Positions 25,197-33,905 of a stretch of 33,905 nucleotides of DNA are shown here, in pieces (position 1 is the stretch's first letter; every line of letters starts with the position of its first letter). The position numbers and the translations under genes are program-made. The stretch comes from an uncultured bacterium (lineage in GTDB: Bacteria > Hydrothermota > UBA3073): contig CAZRTU010000001.1 of NCBI GenBank assembly GCA_964603075.1, forward strand, positions 1 to 33,905, written 5' to 3'. The notes under the pieces are model-generated. The model saw only the letters and a program-made list of their open reading frames with translations, did no database searches and had not been told where the DNA came from.

Positions 25197-27086
25197 ATGC
25201 TTCTTCTGTATATCTTCCTCTTAAGTAATACAGTTTTTTACTCCGCAGGGAGACTTGTCTATGATTTTGGGGAAGGGATGATAACGCTTAAAGAGAAAGC
25301 TGTGGTAGATTACAGAGAGACAAAAGTCCTTTCCGATAGTATCGTCTACGATACCAGGACAAAGGATGTCTGGGCTTATAGAGAACCTATATTATGTGTA
25401 GATAGCGATACTATCTACGGCAGGTCCATGGCATACAACCTGGACTCCAAAAAGGGTGTCGCAATCGATGGCAGGAGTAGGGTGGAGAAAGGATGGTTCG
25501 AAGGGAGGACGGTGAGAATGGTAGCGCCGAAGATACTCAATGTAGATGATGGGAAGTTTACGACCTGTGACCTAGATCCACCTCACTACTATTTCTGGGC
25601 TAAATCTCTGAAGGTATACGCAAACGATATGGTTTATGCAAGACCCCTTGTTCTGGTAGTTCAGGATATCCCTGTCTTTTTCCTCCCGTTCTGGTTCTTT
25701 CCCATAAAGAATAAGAGGTCTTCTGGTTTGCTATTTCCAAAGGTTGGCAGGAGTTCGACCCTTGGAAGATATGTTAGAAATATGGCATACTACTGGGTTG
25801 TGTCTGATTATATGGATATTACGTTTAACCTCGATTATATGGAGAGAAAGGGGGTTGCACTGGGTATTTCTTCTGTGTGGCTATACAAACCCAGTTTATC
25901 AGGGAATATTGAAGCCCAATATGTAGACGAAAATCGCATAAGGAGAAGATGGAAGGTCAAGTTATCACATAGCCATAACTTACGAGATGGCACCGTGATA
26001 AAGGCAAGGGGTGATTTTGTAAGCGACCTCTCTTTCAATATGGATTACGAGGATAATGTTGTGAAAGAGCTGGACCAGGTGATTTATTCTTATATATCAA
26101 TCTCCAGGAAGCTCGGGCCCATCTCGGCGGGACTCGTCGTAAGAGAGACGAGAGATCTAAAGACCGAAGACAAGTGGGGAAACTATCCTCGGATAACCCT
26201 ATCAGCACCATCTATTGGATTACTTGGTGGGCATTTCTCATACTCGGGTGTTATATTGAATTCCATGGTCAACGGTGATGTAGAGAGAAGCAGCGATAAC
26301 AACATGAGATTCACAATCCCCGGAAAGGTGTGGCATTTTAATATCTCACCGAGTGTTGGCGGCAGATTCTTGGTATCCTATGCAGACAGTGGAGTAACCT
26401 TGGAGAGGTTTTACAACGGTGCTTTAGGTATCGGCACAGTGCTATACGGCAGGACCATTTTTAGAGAGCCCGAGTTAAGGCACACAATAAAACCCTATGT
26501 ATACTATAAGTTCACAAAGTCTGACGACTCGCATACCGAAAATTTAGGCATCTCTATAGAGAATGATTTTAAGATAATATCCTGGAAGGGGAACGAGATT
26601 GACCTGGGCAGTGTAGATCTCAGTTCGACCTGGGATTATGAAACCAGCCGCTGGGTGCCATATGTTTTTACACTAAGGACTGCCGATGTGTTTGGATTTT
26701 CTTTTAGGGGAGGATTAAACTGGGATATTTACTCCGACAGTCTTTACGGAAAGTATCTAATGGCAGATTACTCGTTTAGAAGGGGTGGCTTCCTGGCAAA
26801 GATAAACTATAATATAAGAGAGGGTGGAGATGAGAGTGTCTGGGGAGACGTTGCTCTTAGCCCGACCAGGGGGTGGAGGATAGAGGGCGGCATAAGATAT
26901 GACCTGAGGGAAGGGAGTCTCATAAACGAGCGCCTCTCTCTGGTTAGAGACCTGCATTGCTGGGAACTTCAATTCAACTATCAGAGATACGGTGACAGGT
27001 GGAACTACGATTTCAGATTATCTATAAAGGCGATTCCCGAGGTAAAGGTCGGAAAAGATATCATGCGTATGTTACTCGAGGGCTAA
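25197..27086 (+). CDS. lptD: LPS-assembly protein LptD (OstA family)
   Basis: The motif TTCDLDPPHYYFWAKSLKVY....VYARPLVLVVQDIPVFFLPFWFFPIKNKRSSGLLFP.VG.S...G......YYW matches the conserved LptD/OstA_C core as I recall it. The rest looks like a beta-barrel. Confidence 0.7.
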   Translation: MLLLYIFLLSNTVFYSAGRLVYDFGEGMITLKEKAVVDYRETKVLSDSIVYDTRTKDVWAYREPILCVDSDTIYGRSMAYNLDSKKGVAIDGRSRVEKGWFEGRTVRMVAPKILNVDDGKFTTCDLDPPHYYFWAKSLKVYANDMVYARPLVLVVQDIPVFFLPFWFFPIKNKRSSGLLFPKVGRSSTLGRYVRNMAYYWVVSDYMDITFNLDYMERKGVALGISSVWLYKPSLSGNIEAQYVDENRIRRRWKVKLSHSHNLRDGTVIKARGDFVSDLSFNMDYEDNVVKELDQVIYSYISISRKLGPISAGLVVRETRDLKTEDKWGNYPRITLSAPSIGLLGGHFSYSGVILNSMVNGDVERSSDNNMRFTIPGKVWHFNISPSVGGRFLVSYADSGVTLERFYNGALGIGTVLYGRTIFREPELRHTIKPYVYYKFTKSDDSHTENLGISIENDFKIISWKGNEIDLGSVDLSSTWDYETSRWVPYVFTLRTADVFGFSFRGGLNWDIYSDSLYGKYLMADYSFRRGGFLAKINYNIREGGDESVWGDVALSPTRGWRIEGGIRYDLREGSLINERLSLVRDLHCWELQFNYQRYGDRWNYDFRLSIKAIPEVKVGKDIMRMLLEG

Positions 27087-27104
27087 AAAATAAAAAAAAA
27101 AGAC

Positions 27105-27133
27105 TTGACATATTTGAATTTCTGTGTTATAAT
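27105..27133 (+). promoter_or_regulatory. Consensus sigma70-type promoter of tuf
   Basis: TTGACA (27105-27110), a 17-nt spacer ending TGT (extended -10), then TATAAT (27128-27133). Confidence 0.7.
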
Positions 27134-27219
27134 TACAAATTTGTAGGGTAATTTGATTGGACATAACTTATTAAACTGCCTCGATTATAATTCAGAGGTT
27201 ACGTGAGAAGGAGGTATAT

Positions 27220-28413
27220 ATGGCAAAACAGAAGTTTGAGCGTACTAAACCGCACCTCAACATTGGTACTATAGGACACGTGGACCATGGAAAGACCACC
27301 CTAACATCTGCTATAACCAAAGTGCTTCAGCCTAAGGGCTTTGCAGAGTTTACTGCTTATGACGAGATTGACAAGGCGCCGGAGGAAAAGGCAAGGGGAC
27401 TCACCATTCAGCTGTTCCATGGTGAGTATCAAACTGATACTCGCCACTATGCACACATTGACTGTCCAGGTCACGCAGACTACATCAAAAACATGATAAC
27501 CGGTGCTGCGCAGATGGATGGAGCCATACTGGTGGTTTCCGCACCTGATGGCACACAACCACAGACCAGAGAGCATATAATCCTTGCAAGGCAGGTGAAT
27601 GTACCAGCGATAGTGGTTTTCATGAACAAGACCGATCAGGTGGATGATCCCGAGATTCTCGAGATTGTAGAACTTGAAATAAGGGAGTTGCTTACTAAAT
27701 ATAATTTTCCAGGAGATGACATTCCCATAGTGAAAGGGAGCGCTCTCAAGTGCCTGGATTGCCCATCGCCGGATTGTGATGACTGTAAGCCCGTAGTAGA
27801 ACTAATGGAAGAGATAGATAAGTATATACCAGAACCACAGAGGGATGTTGACAAACCTTTTCTTATGTCTGTTGAAGACGTTTTTACCATAACTGGTAGA
27901 GGAACAGTTGCCACAGGAAGAGTAGAAAGAGGGAAGCTACTACCTGGTGAGGCTGTCGAAATCGTGGGGTTCAAACCTACGAGGAAGACCGTAGCCACCT
28001 CTCTCGAGATGTTTAGAAAGACGCTGGATGAAACGGTTGCTGGTGACAACGTTGGTGTACTTCTAAGAGGAATTGAGAAGGATCAGGTTGAGAGAGGTAT
28101 GGTTATTGCTAAACCAGGTACCATAACACCTCATACAAAGTTTACAGGCAAGATATACGTGTTGACAAGAGAAGAAGGTGGTAGACACACCCCGTTCTTC
28201 AAGGGATATTCACCACAGTTCTATTTCAGCACAATGGATGTTACGGGGCATGTTGATCTACCACAGGGAGTCGAAATGGTTATGCCCGGCGACAATGTAG
28301 AGCTGGCAGGTACTCTGATATCACCGGTTGCTATGGAAGAAGGTATGAGATTCGCCGTTAGAGAAGGGGGCAGAACCGTTGGTGCAGGTGTTGTGACCAA
28401 GATTTTAGAGTAG
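27220..28413 (+). CDS. tuf: Elongation factor Tu
   Basis: SD GAAGGAGG. Motifs [36 protein letters not shown] and NK.D. Carries an unusual [12 protein letters not shown] insert. Confidence 0.97.
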   Translation: MAKQKFERTKPHLNIGTIGHVDHGKTTLTSAITKVLQPKGFAEFTAYDEIDKAPEEKARGLTIQLFHGEYQTDTRHYAHIDCPGHADYIKNMITGAAQMDGAILVVSAPDGTQPQTREHIILARQVNVPAIVVFMNKTDQVDDPEILEIVELEIRELLTKYNFPGDDIPIVKGSALKCLDCPSPDCDDCKPVVELMEEIDKYIPEPQRDVDKPFLMSVEDVFTITGRGTVATGRVERGKLLPGEAVEIVGFKPTRKTVATSLEMFRKTLDETVAGDNVGVLLRGIEKDQVERGMVIAKPGTITPHTKFTGKIYVLTREEGGRHTPFFKGYSPQFYFSTMDVTGHVDLPQGVEMVMPGDNVELAGTLISPVAMEEGMRFAVREGGRTVGAGVVTKILE

Positions 28414-28487
28414 GGGAAGAGTTGGTGGAATACCCCACCAAAGGGGGAATAAAAAGAGGTATTTAACATAGTTACGATTATTGCTCT

Positions 28488-28526
28488 TCACCGCCTGTGG
28501 TTTTTTGAGAAAGCCAGAGGCGGTGA
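28488..28526 (+). promoter_or_regulatory. Stem-loop in the tuf-rpsJ spacer (possible tuf terminator/attenuator or S10-leader element)
   Basis: TCACCGCCTGTGG / CCAGAGGCGGTGA forms a 13-bp stem with one mismatch and a 13-nt loop (TTTTTTGAGAAAG). It lies 34 nt upstream of the rpsJ ATG. Confidence 0.4.
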
Positions 28527-28559
28527 TGTTTGAAAAATCGGTAATATTGCTTAAAGATT

Positions 28560-28865
28560 ATGACAGAGAAGATACGTATAAGGCTGAAGGCTTACGATCA
28601 CACACTACTGGATCGTTCATGCAGAGAGATAGTCGAAAACGTTAAGAGGACCGGTGCCAAGGTATCAGGTCCTGTGCCACTGCCTGTAGACCGTAGTCTA
28701 TACACGGTATTGAAATCACCGAATATAGACAAGAAGTCTCGCGAACAGTTCGAACTACGAATACACAAAAGATTGCTCGATATATACGAGCCGACAGAGA
28801 AGACAATGGAAGCCCTACGGAAGCTCAGCTTGCCTGCAGGTGTGGATGTCGAAATAAAGGTTTAG
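28560..28865 (+). CDS. rpsJ: 30S ribosomal protein S10
   Basis: [12 protein letters not shown] and ...GPVPLP...[23 protein letters not shown]. Confidence 0.95.
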   Translation: MTEKIRIRLKAYDHTLLDRSCREIVENVKRTGAKVSGPVPLPVDRSLYTVLKSPNIDKKSREQFELRIHKRLLDIYEPTEKTMEALRKLSLPAGVDVEIKV

Positions 28866-28945
28866 GATATTTACCTTCTTTATCCTCGGAATTAACCTGT
28901 TAGGGTCAATGACCGTGATGGGTGGATAATTTATTGAAGAAAGGA

Positions 28946-29554
28946 ATGAAGGCAATAATTGGCGAAAAGGCAGAAATGACTCAGATATTTGATGAGAGTG
29001 GTAATATAATACCCACAACCATTGTGAAATGCAGGGGTACTACTGTTCTGGGAAAACGCACTATGGATAGCGATGGCTATAATTCGCTGATGCTGGGTTA
29101 CGGCACTCGAAATGATCCAAATCGCCCCTTGAGAGGTTTCTTTAAGAAGACAGGTATAAGGCCTACCAGAGTGGTGAGAGAGGTAAGAACGGCTGATTTG
29201 GACAGCATGAAGATTGGTGATGTGATTGGTGTTACTCAATTTGAGGTGGGAGACAGGGTAAGGGTTAGGGGTATATCCAAAGGAAAGGGTTTACAGGGAC
29301 CTATAAAACGCTGGGGGTTTCATCGGGGACCCATGACCCACGGCTCAAAATCCCATCGTGTGCAGGGTTCAATAGGATCAAGTGCATCTCCAAGTAGAGT
29401 ATGGAAGGGCAAGAAAATGGCCGGGAAGATGGGTGCTCGAAGAACGACCGTTAAAAATCTCTCTATAGTAAAAATTGACGAAGAACAGAACCTTCTATAT
29501 ATTAAGGGAGCACTCCCTGGGGTAAGAGGCGGTCTTCTCGTAATAAGGGCTTAG
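28946..29554 (+). CDS. rplC: 50S ribosomal protein L3
   Basis: Starts MKAIIGEKAEMTQIF, the typical L3 N-terminus. The GTG at 28922 in the ORF track is rejected. Confidence 0.9.
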   Translation: MKAIIGEKAEMTQIFDESGNIIPTTIVKCRGTTVLGKRTMDSDGYNSLMLGYGTRNDPNRPLRGFFKKTGIRPTRVVREVRTADLDSMKIGDVIGVTQFEVGDRVRVRGISKGKGLQGPIKRWGFHRGPMTHGSKSHRVQGSIGSSASPSRVWKGKKMAGKMGARRTTVKNLSIVKIDEEQNLLYIKGALPGVRGGLLVIRA

Positions 29555-29629
29555 ATGTTTAGTTGATCTTAGCCACATATCGAGACGATTTTCATGTTCT
29601 GTGGCTTTAAATGTCCTTTTAGAAAAGAC

Positions 29630-30256
29630 ATGAAACTAAATGTATATTCAAAAGAGGGTGATATAGTAGGGAATAGGAAACTCCCAGCCTATATATTTGA
29701 ACAGGATGTAAACCAAACCTTGCTGTCTGAGGTAGTCAGATCATACAGGGAAAATTCAAGACAGCGAACTGCGTCGACGAAGACCAGAAGTGAGGTTAGG
29801 GGTGGTGGCAGAAAACCCAGGCGCCAGAAACATACTGGCTTAGCAAGAGCTGGGTCAATAAGGTCTCCGATATGGAAAGGTGGCGGGGTAACCTTTGGTC
29901 CAAGACCAGGGCACCATAGTCTGTTTATAACCAAGAAGAAAAAGAGACTTGCTCTTCTCTCATCCTTATCACTCTTGGCAAAGAACGGGAAGATCTTGAT
30001 AATTGATGATGTTAGTATGGAGTACCCAAAGACAGGGTTGTTTTATCAGATGATAAAAAAATTGGGTTTCCGTGAGCACTCAAAGTTGCTTTTTGTCTTG
30101 TATAAGAGTGACGATAACGTATTTATGTCTGGGAGAAACATTCCTGGTGTAGGATTTAAAAATGTACACGAGCTTAATGCCTTAGATGTCTTATCTGCCA
30201 ATACGGTTATTTTTTCTATGAAGGGGCTTACCAAACTGGAGGAGAGGCTTGGATAA
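29630..30256 (+). CDS. rplD: 50S ribosomal protein L4
   Basis: Starts MKLNVYSKEG. Motif RGGGRKPRRQKHTGLARAGSIRSPIWKGGGVTFGP. The upstream ATG at 29594 is rejected. Confidence 0.9.
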   Translation: MKLNVYSKEGDIVGNRKLPAYIFEQDVNQTLLSEVVRSYRENSRQRTASTKTRSEVRGGGRKPRRQKHTGLARAGSIRSPIWKGGGVTFGPRPGHHSLFITKKKKRLALLSSLSLLAKNGKILIIDDVSMEYPKTGLFYQMIKKLGFREHSKLLFVLYKSDDNVFMSGRNIPGVGFKNVHELNALDVLSANTVIFSMKGLTKLEERLG

Positions 30257-30542
30257 AGACCCAAGGGAGATAATAATAGCACCCGTTCTCACAGAGAAGG
30301 CTGTAAAGATAAAGGCTGAATCAAACAATTATACATTCTGGGTTGATGTTAATGCCAACAAAATTGAGATTGGCAGAGCCATTGAAGAGCTTTTCAAGGT
30401 GATTCCTGTATCTGTGAGGACATATAATCTAAAGGGCAAGCCTAAGAGACTCGGTCGTTGGACAGGAAGAAGAGCCAGAAGGAAGAAGGCAATTGTAAAG
30501 CTCAAAGAGGGTGATACAATAAGCGCATTTGAGGGAATTTAA
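30249..30542 (+). CDS. rplW: 50S ribosomal protein L23
   Basis: The TTG start overlaps the rplD stop, with SD GGAGAGG upstream. Motif [11 protein letters not shown]...FWVD..ANK.EI..A.E.LF.V. Confidence 0.85.
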   Translation: MDKDPREIIIAPVLTEKAVKIKAESNNYTFWVDVNANKIEIGRAIEELFKVIPVSVRTYNLKGKPKRLGRWTGRRARRKKAIVKLKEGDTISAFEGI

Positions 30543-30544
30543 CA

Positions 30545-31363
30545 ATGTTAAAAAAGACAAAACCGACCACTCCACCCAGGAGGCACATGAGTTTTGAGGA
30601 CTTCTCTTCTTTGTCGAAGGAAAAGTCCTTAAAGAGATTAACTCGCCCCCTGAAGTCAAGAGCTGGTAGGGATGCTAAGGGACGCATAACCGTTAGACAC
30701 AGGGGTGGTGGAGCAAAGAGGTCATTGCGCCTCATTGATTTCAAGAGAGATAAACATGGGATAGAAGCAAAGGTTACCCACGTCGAATATGACCCCAATA
30801 GGGGAGCAAGGATCGCAAGGCTTTCTTATGTTGATGGTGAAAAAAGATATATTATATGCCCGAGAGGTCTGTCGGTAGGGGACAAGACTGTATCAGGAAC
30901 AGACGTGCCAATTAAGATAGGAAATGCACTTCCGTTGAGGAACATCCCACCCGGGATGGGCATCCATAATATAGAGCTGGAGCCGGGACGGGGAGGCAGA
31001 CTCGTAAGGGCAGCGGGCACATCTGCAAAAATACTTGCAAAAGAAGGTAATTACGCCCACGTTGCCCTTTCATCTGGAGAGATAAGACTCATACACTTAG
31101 ATTGTTATGCCACACTCGGTCAGGTGTCTAATCCAGATCACAGGGCTGTTGTAATAGGCAAGGCGGGAAGGACTAGGCATATGGGAAGGAGGCCAAAGGT
31201 CAGAGGAACTGCAATGAATCCCGTGGATCACCCAATGGGTGGAGGAGAAGGCAGGAGCAAGGGGCATATTCCGAGGTCCCCAACGGGTGTGCCTGCAAAG
31301 GGCAAGAAGACAAGAAAACGCAGGAAGCCATCGAATAAATTTATCGTGAAGAGAAGAAAGTGA
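30545..31363 (+). CDS. rplB: 50S ribosomal protein L2
   Basis: [35 protein letters not shown] and [15 protein letters not shown]. Confidence 0.97.
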   Translation: MLKKTKPTTPPRRHMSFEDFSSLSKEKSLKRLTRPLKSRAGRDAKGRITVRHRGGGAKRSLRLIDFKRDKHGIEAKVTHVEYDPNRGARIARLSYVDGEKRYIICPRGLSVGDKTVSGTDVPIKIGNALPLRNIPPGMGIHNIELEPGRGGRLVRAAGTSAKILAKEGNYAHVALSSGEIRLIHLDCYATLGQVSNPDHRAVVIGKAGRTRHMGRRPKVRGTAMNPVDHPMGGGEGRSKGHIPRSPTGVPAKGKKTRKRRKPSNKFIVKRRK

Positions 31364-31392
31364 TATCTATCTTCTTAGAGCTGGGGGAGGCG

Positions 31393-31668
31393 ATGTCAAG
31401 ATCGTTGAAGAAAGGGCCGTGTGTGGATGAAAAATTATTGAAGAAGATAAGAACGGGAGGCAATAAGCCGATAAGGACATGGTCTAGAGGGTCCATGATT
31501 ACTCCTGAATTTGTTGGACACACCATACAGATTCACAATGGAAACAGGTTCATCCCGGTATACATAACAGAGAACATGGTAGGTCATAAACTAGGAGAAT
31601 TCGCGCCAACCAAACTTTTCAGACAACATGGAGGAAAGAAGGCGAAAGAGGCAAGGAGAAAGCCATAA
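31393..31668 (+). CDS. rpsS: 30S ribosomal protein S19
   Basis: Starts [18 protein letters not shown] after SD GGGGGAGG. Motif [29 protein letters not shown]. Confidence 0.93.
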   Translation: MSRSLKKGPCVDEKLLKKIRTGGNKPIRTWSRGSMITPEFVGHTIQIHNGNRFIPVYITENMVGHKLGEFAPTKLFRQHGGKKAKEARRKP

Positions 31669-32021
31669 TGGAGGCAATTACTTTTCAGAAATACCTAAGG
31701 TTTTCGCCCAGGAAGCTTGCCAAGCTGGCTTCACCGCTCTCTAATATGAGTGTTGAAGGTGCTCTTGAAATGATGCGGCAGCTTCCTTCACCGCGCACAA
31801 GGTTTCTCGAGAAGGCTATAAAGTCAGCGTTTGCTAATCTTAGGGTTAAGAAAGAGGGCGAGTTAAATGAGTCAGAAGCCTTTATAAAGTCTATCGTAGT
31901 AGAACAGAGCTACAGGTTGAAGAGGCTCAAACCAAGAGCCAGAGGCAGGGCAGACATAATTCAGAGGAGATTCAGCCATTTGAAATGTGTAGTAACAGAT
32001 GAACCAGGATATGTTGATTAA
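31668..32021 (+). CDS. rplV: 50S ribosomal protein L22
   Basis: The ATG overlaps the rpsS stop (TAATG). Motifs SPRK.......I and ...RLKR..PRARGRA..I.RR.SH are L22-like. Confidence 0.9.
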   Translation: MEAITFQKYLRFSPRKLAKLASPLSNMSVEGALEMMRQLPSPRTRFLEKAIKSAFANLRVKKEGELNESEAFIKSIVVEQSYRLKRLKPRARGRADIIQRRFSHLKCVVTDEPGYVD

Positions 32022-32031
32022 AGGAGGTTAG

Positions 32032-32664
32032 GTGGGGCAAAAAACACACCCATACGGTTTTAGATTGGGTATAACCAAGGATTGGAGTTCGCGCTGGATA
32101 ACAAAGAATAAGTATAAGACCTATATTTCAGAGGATATCACAATAAGAAAGTACATAATGGAGAGGTTTATACGTGCTGCCATATCGAAGATAGAGATAG
32201 AGCGGACAGAGGAAAGACTGACAGTCGCAATTCACAGTGCAAGGCCAGGTATAATAATAGGAAGAAGGGGAGTTGAGGTTGAGAGACTGAGAAATGAGCT
32301 TTCTCTCTTGACAAAGGGTAAGGATGTTTATATAAATATTGAAGAAGTAAAGTCCCCCGAGGCTGATGCGAGGATTGTTGCTCAGAATATAGCAAGGCAG
32401 ATAGAGGAAAGGGTTTCCTATAGAAGAGCGATGAAACACGCAGTACAGCAAGCGCTACGTATGGGGGCATTGGGGATTAAGGTAATGTGTAAAGGAAGAC
32501 TTGGTGGAGCGGAGATCGCAAGAACTGAGTGGTATAGAGAAGGCAGGGTTCCACTGCAGACCTTGAGAGCAGACATAGATTATTCCTATGTACCGGCTAA
32601 GACGGTTTCTGGGGTGATAGGCGTCAAGGTCTGGATATATAAGGGAAACGTAGAGATATCCTAA
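32032..32664 (+). CDS. rpsC: 30S ribosomal protein S3
   Basis: GTG start after AAGGAGG. Motifs [13 protein letters not shown]....W.S.W and a KH domain IERT.....[13 protein letters not shown]. Confidence 0.95.
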   Translation: MGQKTHPYGFRLGITKDWSSRWITKNKYKTYISEDITIRKYIMERFIRAAISKIEIERTEERLTVAIHSARPGIIIGRRGVEVERLRNELSLLTKGKDVYINIEEVKSPEADARIVAQNIARQIEERVSYRRAMKHAVQQALRMGALGIKVMCKGRLGGAEIARTEWYREGRVPLQTLRADIDYSYVPAKTVSGVIGVKVWIYKGNVEIS

Positions 32665-32697
32665 CCTCTTTTATTTAAGGTACCCAAGCGTTTTAGT

Positions 32698-33126
32698 ATG
32701 CTACAGCCATCTAGAACAAAATATAGAAAACAACACAGAGGCAGGAGGAAGGGTATAGCCTCCAGGGGAAACCTGATAGTGTTCGGTGAATATGGTCTAA
32801 AGACACTCGAGCCCGCATGGGTTACTCAGCGACAGATAGAGGCTGCGAGAATTGCAATATCGAGGTACCTAAAGCGCTCGGGAAAGTTGTGGATCAGGAT
32901 CTTCCCGGACAAGCCCGTAACAAAAAAGCCCGCCGAGACGAGAATGGGTAAGGGGAAGGGTTCTCCTGAGTACTGGGTTGCGGTTGTGAAACCGGGCAGG
33001 ATACTCTTTGAACTTGGTGGCATACCAGAGAATCAAGCCAGGGAGGCGCTGAGACTCGGGGCCTCTAAACTCCCGATAAAGAGCAGGGTGGTGAAGAGAA
33101 TAGGAGGTGTAGGTGAAGCCCTTTGA
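32698..33126 (+). CDS. rplP: 50S ribosomal protein L16
   Basis: [17 protein letters not shown], ...G.YGL and ...[26 protein letters not shown]. Confidence 0.95.
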   Translation: MLQPSRTKYRKQHRGRRKGIASRGNLIVFGEYGLKTLEPAWVTQRQIEAARIAISRYLKRSGKLWIRIFPDKPVTKKPAETRMGKGKGSPEYWVAVVKPGRILFELGGIPENQAREALRLGASKLPIKSRVVKRIGGVGEAL

Positions 33127-33313
33127 ACTTCGCGAGTACTCAGACGATGAATTAGATCAGAAATTGCACGAATTGCAAGAGCAATTGATGGGATTGAGAT
33201 TCAAAAAGCACAGCGAAACACCCAAACCGTCTGATATAAGAAAAATTAAGTTAGAGATAGCAAGGGTAAAGACTATCCTCAGAGAGAGGGAGATTTCGGG
33301 AGAAAAAAAATAG
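33113..33313 (+). CDS. rpmC: 50S ribosomal protein L29
   Basis: GTG start after GGAGG, overlapping the rplP 3' end. Motif LRE.SD.EL...L.EL...L..LRF is L29-like. Confidence 0.85.
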   Translation: MKPFELREYSDDELDQKLHELQEQLMGLRFKKHSETPKPSDIRKIKLEIARVKTILREREISGEKK

Positions 33314-33392
33314 CACCTACAGTGCTGGCTAATCAGTTTAATACATACTCTTTGGCATCCGAAAGGGCATTTGATAGAGAGGGAGAAATATT

Positions 33393-33626
33393 ATGAGAAA
33401 GAGATTTCTTGGCGAGGTCATTTCTGACAAGATGGACAAATCGCGCCTGGTAAAGGTATCGCTTACCAGGAGGCATCCATTTGTGGGGAAAGTAGTCAAA
33501 AAAAATATAAGGCTTGTGAGTCACGACGAGGAAAACAAGACCAAGGTAGGAGATAAGGTTGTTGTTGAGGAGACGAGACCCCTATCCAAAAGGAAGCATT
33601 ACAGGATTATTGAGGTAAAGAAATGA
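33393..33626 (+). CDS. rpsQ: 30S ribosomal protein S17
   Basis: Motif GEVISDKMDKSRLVKV....HP.VGKVVKK......HDE.N....GD.V...ETRPLSK.K. Confidence 0.9.
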   Translation: MRKRFLGEVISDKMDKSRLVKVSLTRRHPFVGKVVKKNIRLVSHDEENKTKVGDKVVVEETRPLSKRKHYRIIEVKK

Positions 33627-33905
33627 TAAAGTTTCGGACGAGATTGGAGATAACGGATAACTCGGGAGCAAAGGTCGGGATGTGTATAGGTATCCCGGGC
33701 TTCTCCCGTATTAGATACGCAAGCCCAGGAGATATTATCGTGGTAACTGTTAAGGAGGCAGTGCCAAGAAGTCAGATAAAGAGAGGGAGTATTCAGAAGG
33801 CAGTAATTGTACGCACGCGAAAGGAGACCAGAAGAAAGGATGGTAGTTACGTGAGATTCGACGATAACGCATGCGTTTTAATAAATAACCAGCTTGAGCC
33901 AATAG
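33623..33905 (+). CDS. rplN: 50S ribosomal protein L14 (3' end truncated by the window edge)
   Basis: Not in the ORF track because no stop codon falls in the window. ATG 33623 overlaps the rpsQ stop (ATGA). It translates as MIKFRTRLEITDNSGAKVGMCIGI...GDIIVVTVKEA.P, the classic L14 N-terminus. Confidence 0.85.
   Translation, partial: MIKFRTRLEITDNSGAKVGMCIGIPGFSRIRYASPGDIIVVTVKEAVPRSQIKRGSIQKAVIVRTRKETRRKDGSYVRFDDNACVLINNQLEPI

Noticed and set aside
27301-28469. Antisense ORFs inside tuf (27301-27576, 27636-28049, 28221-28469), and similar ones across the ribosomal protein genes
   Set aside because: Shadow ORFs opposite highly expressed, conserved genes.

Overview
This 33.9-kb window is moderately AT-rich, mostly chromosomal housekeeping DNA. 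It probably comes from an uncultivated, FCB-superphylum-like Gram-negative bacterium. The lineage clues are T9SS-type C-terminal sorting domains, a TonB-dependent receptor with a CarboxypepD_reg-like N-terminus, a DUF58/BatA_N pair, Omp28-like thioredoxin-fold proteins and an FCB-style LptD.

Layout:
- 1-2.2 kb: two tRNA genes (Phe-GAA, Thr-CGU), each behind a near-identical consensus promoter-plus-leader module, with a DUF2807 lipoprotein gene between them.
- 2.3-11.7 kb, + strand: glmM-like, glmS, plsY, recA, an HhH plus beta-barrel protein, ugd and a UDP-glucuronate decarboxylase.
- 11.8-22.4 kb, - strand (the accessory part): an HTH protein, a cobalamin riboswitch, a TonB-dependent receptor, a T9SS-tagged beta-propeller, an Rrf2 regulator, OsmC, two Omp28-like CxxC proteins, a TlpA-like CxxC protein and an outer-membrane barrel.
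- 22.6-27.1 kb, + strand: DUF58, a BatA_N protein and LptD.
- 27.2 kb to the end: tuf and the S10 ribosomal-protein operon (rpsJ to a partial rplN).

I found no CRISPR array, transposase, integrase or recognisable defence gene.

The best candidate for an undescribed system is the B12-riboswitch-controlled receptor plus secreted beta-propeller pair, a possible BtuG analogue. The neighbouring extracytoplasmic thiol-redox cluster is a second candidate.

Non-coding observations:
- Six perfect TTGAC(T/A)-17-TATAAT promoters, one of which implies a leaderless mRNA.
- A dispersed intergenic 'word' repeat family.
- A 15-mer present three times.
- Several structured intergenic RNAs.

All calls come from reading the sequence and the ORF track by eye. 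No database search was run.
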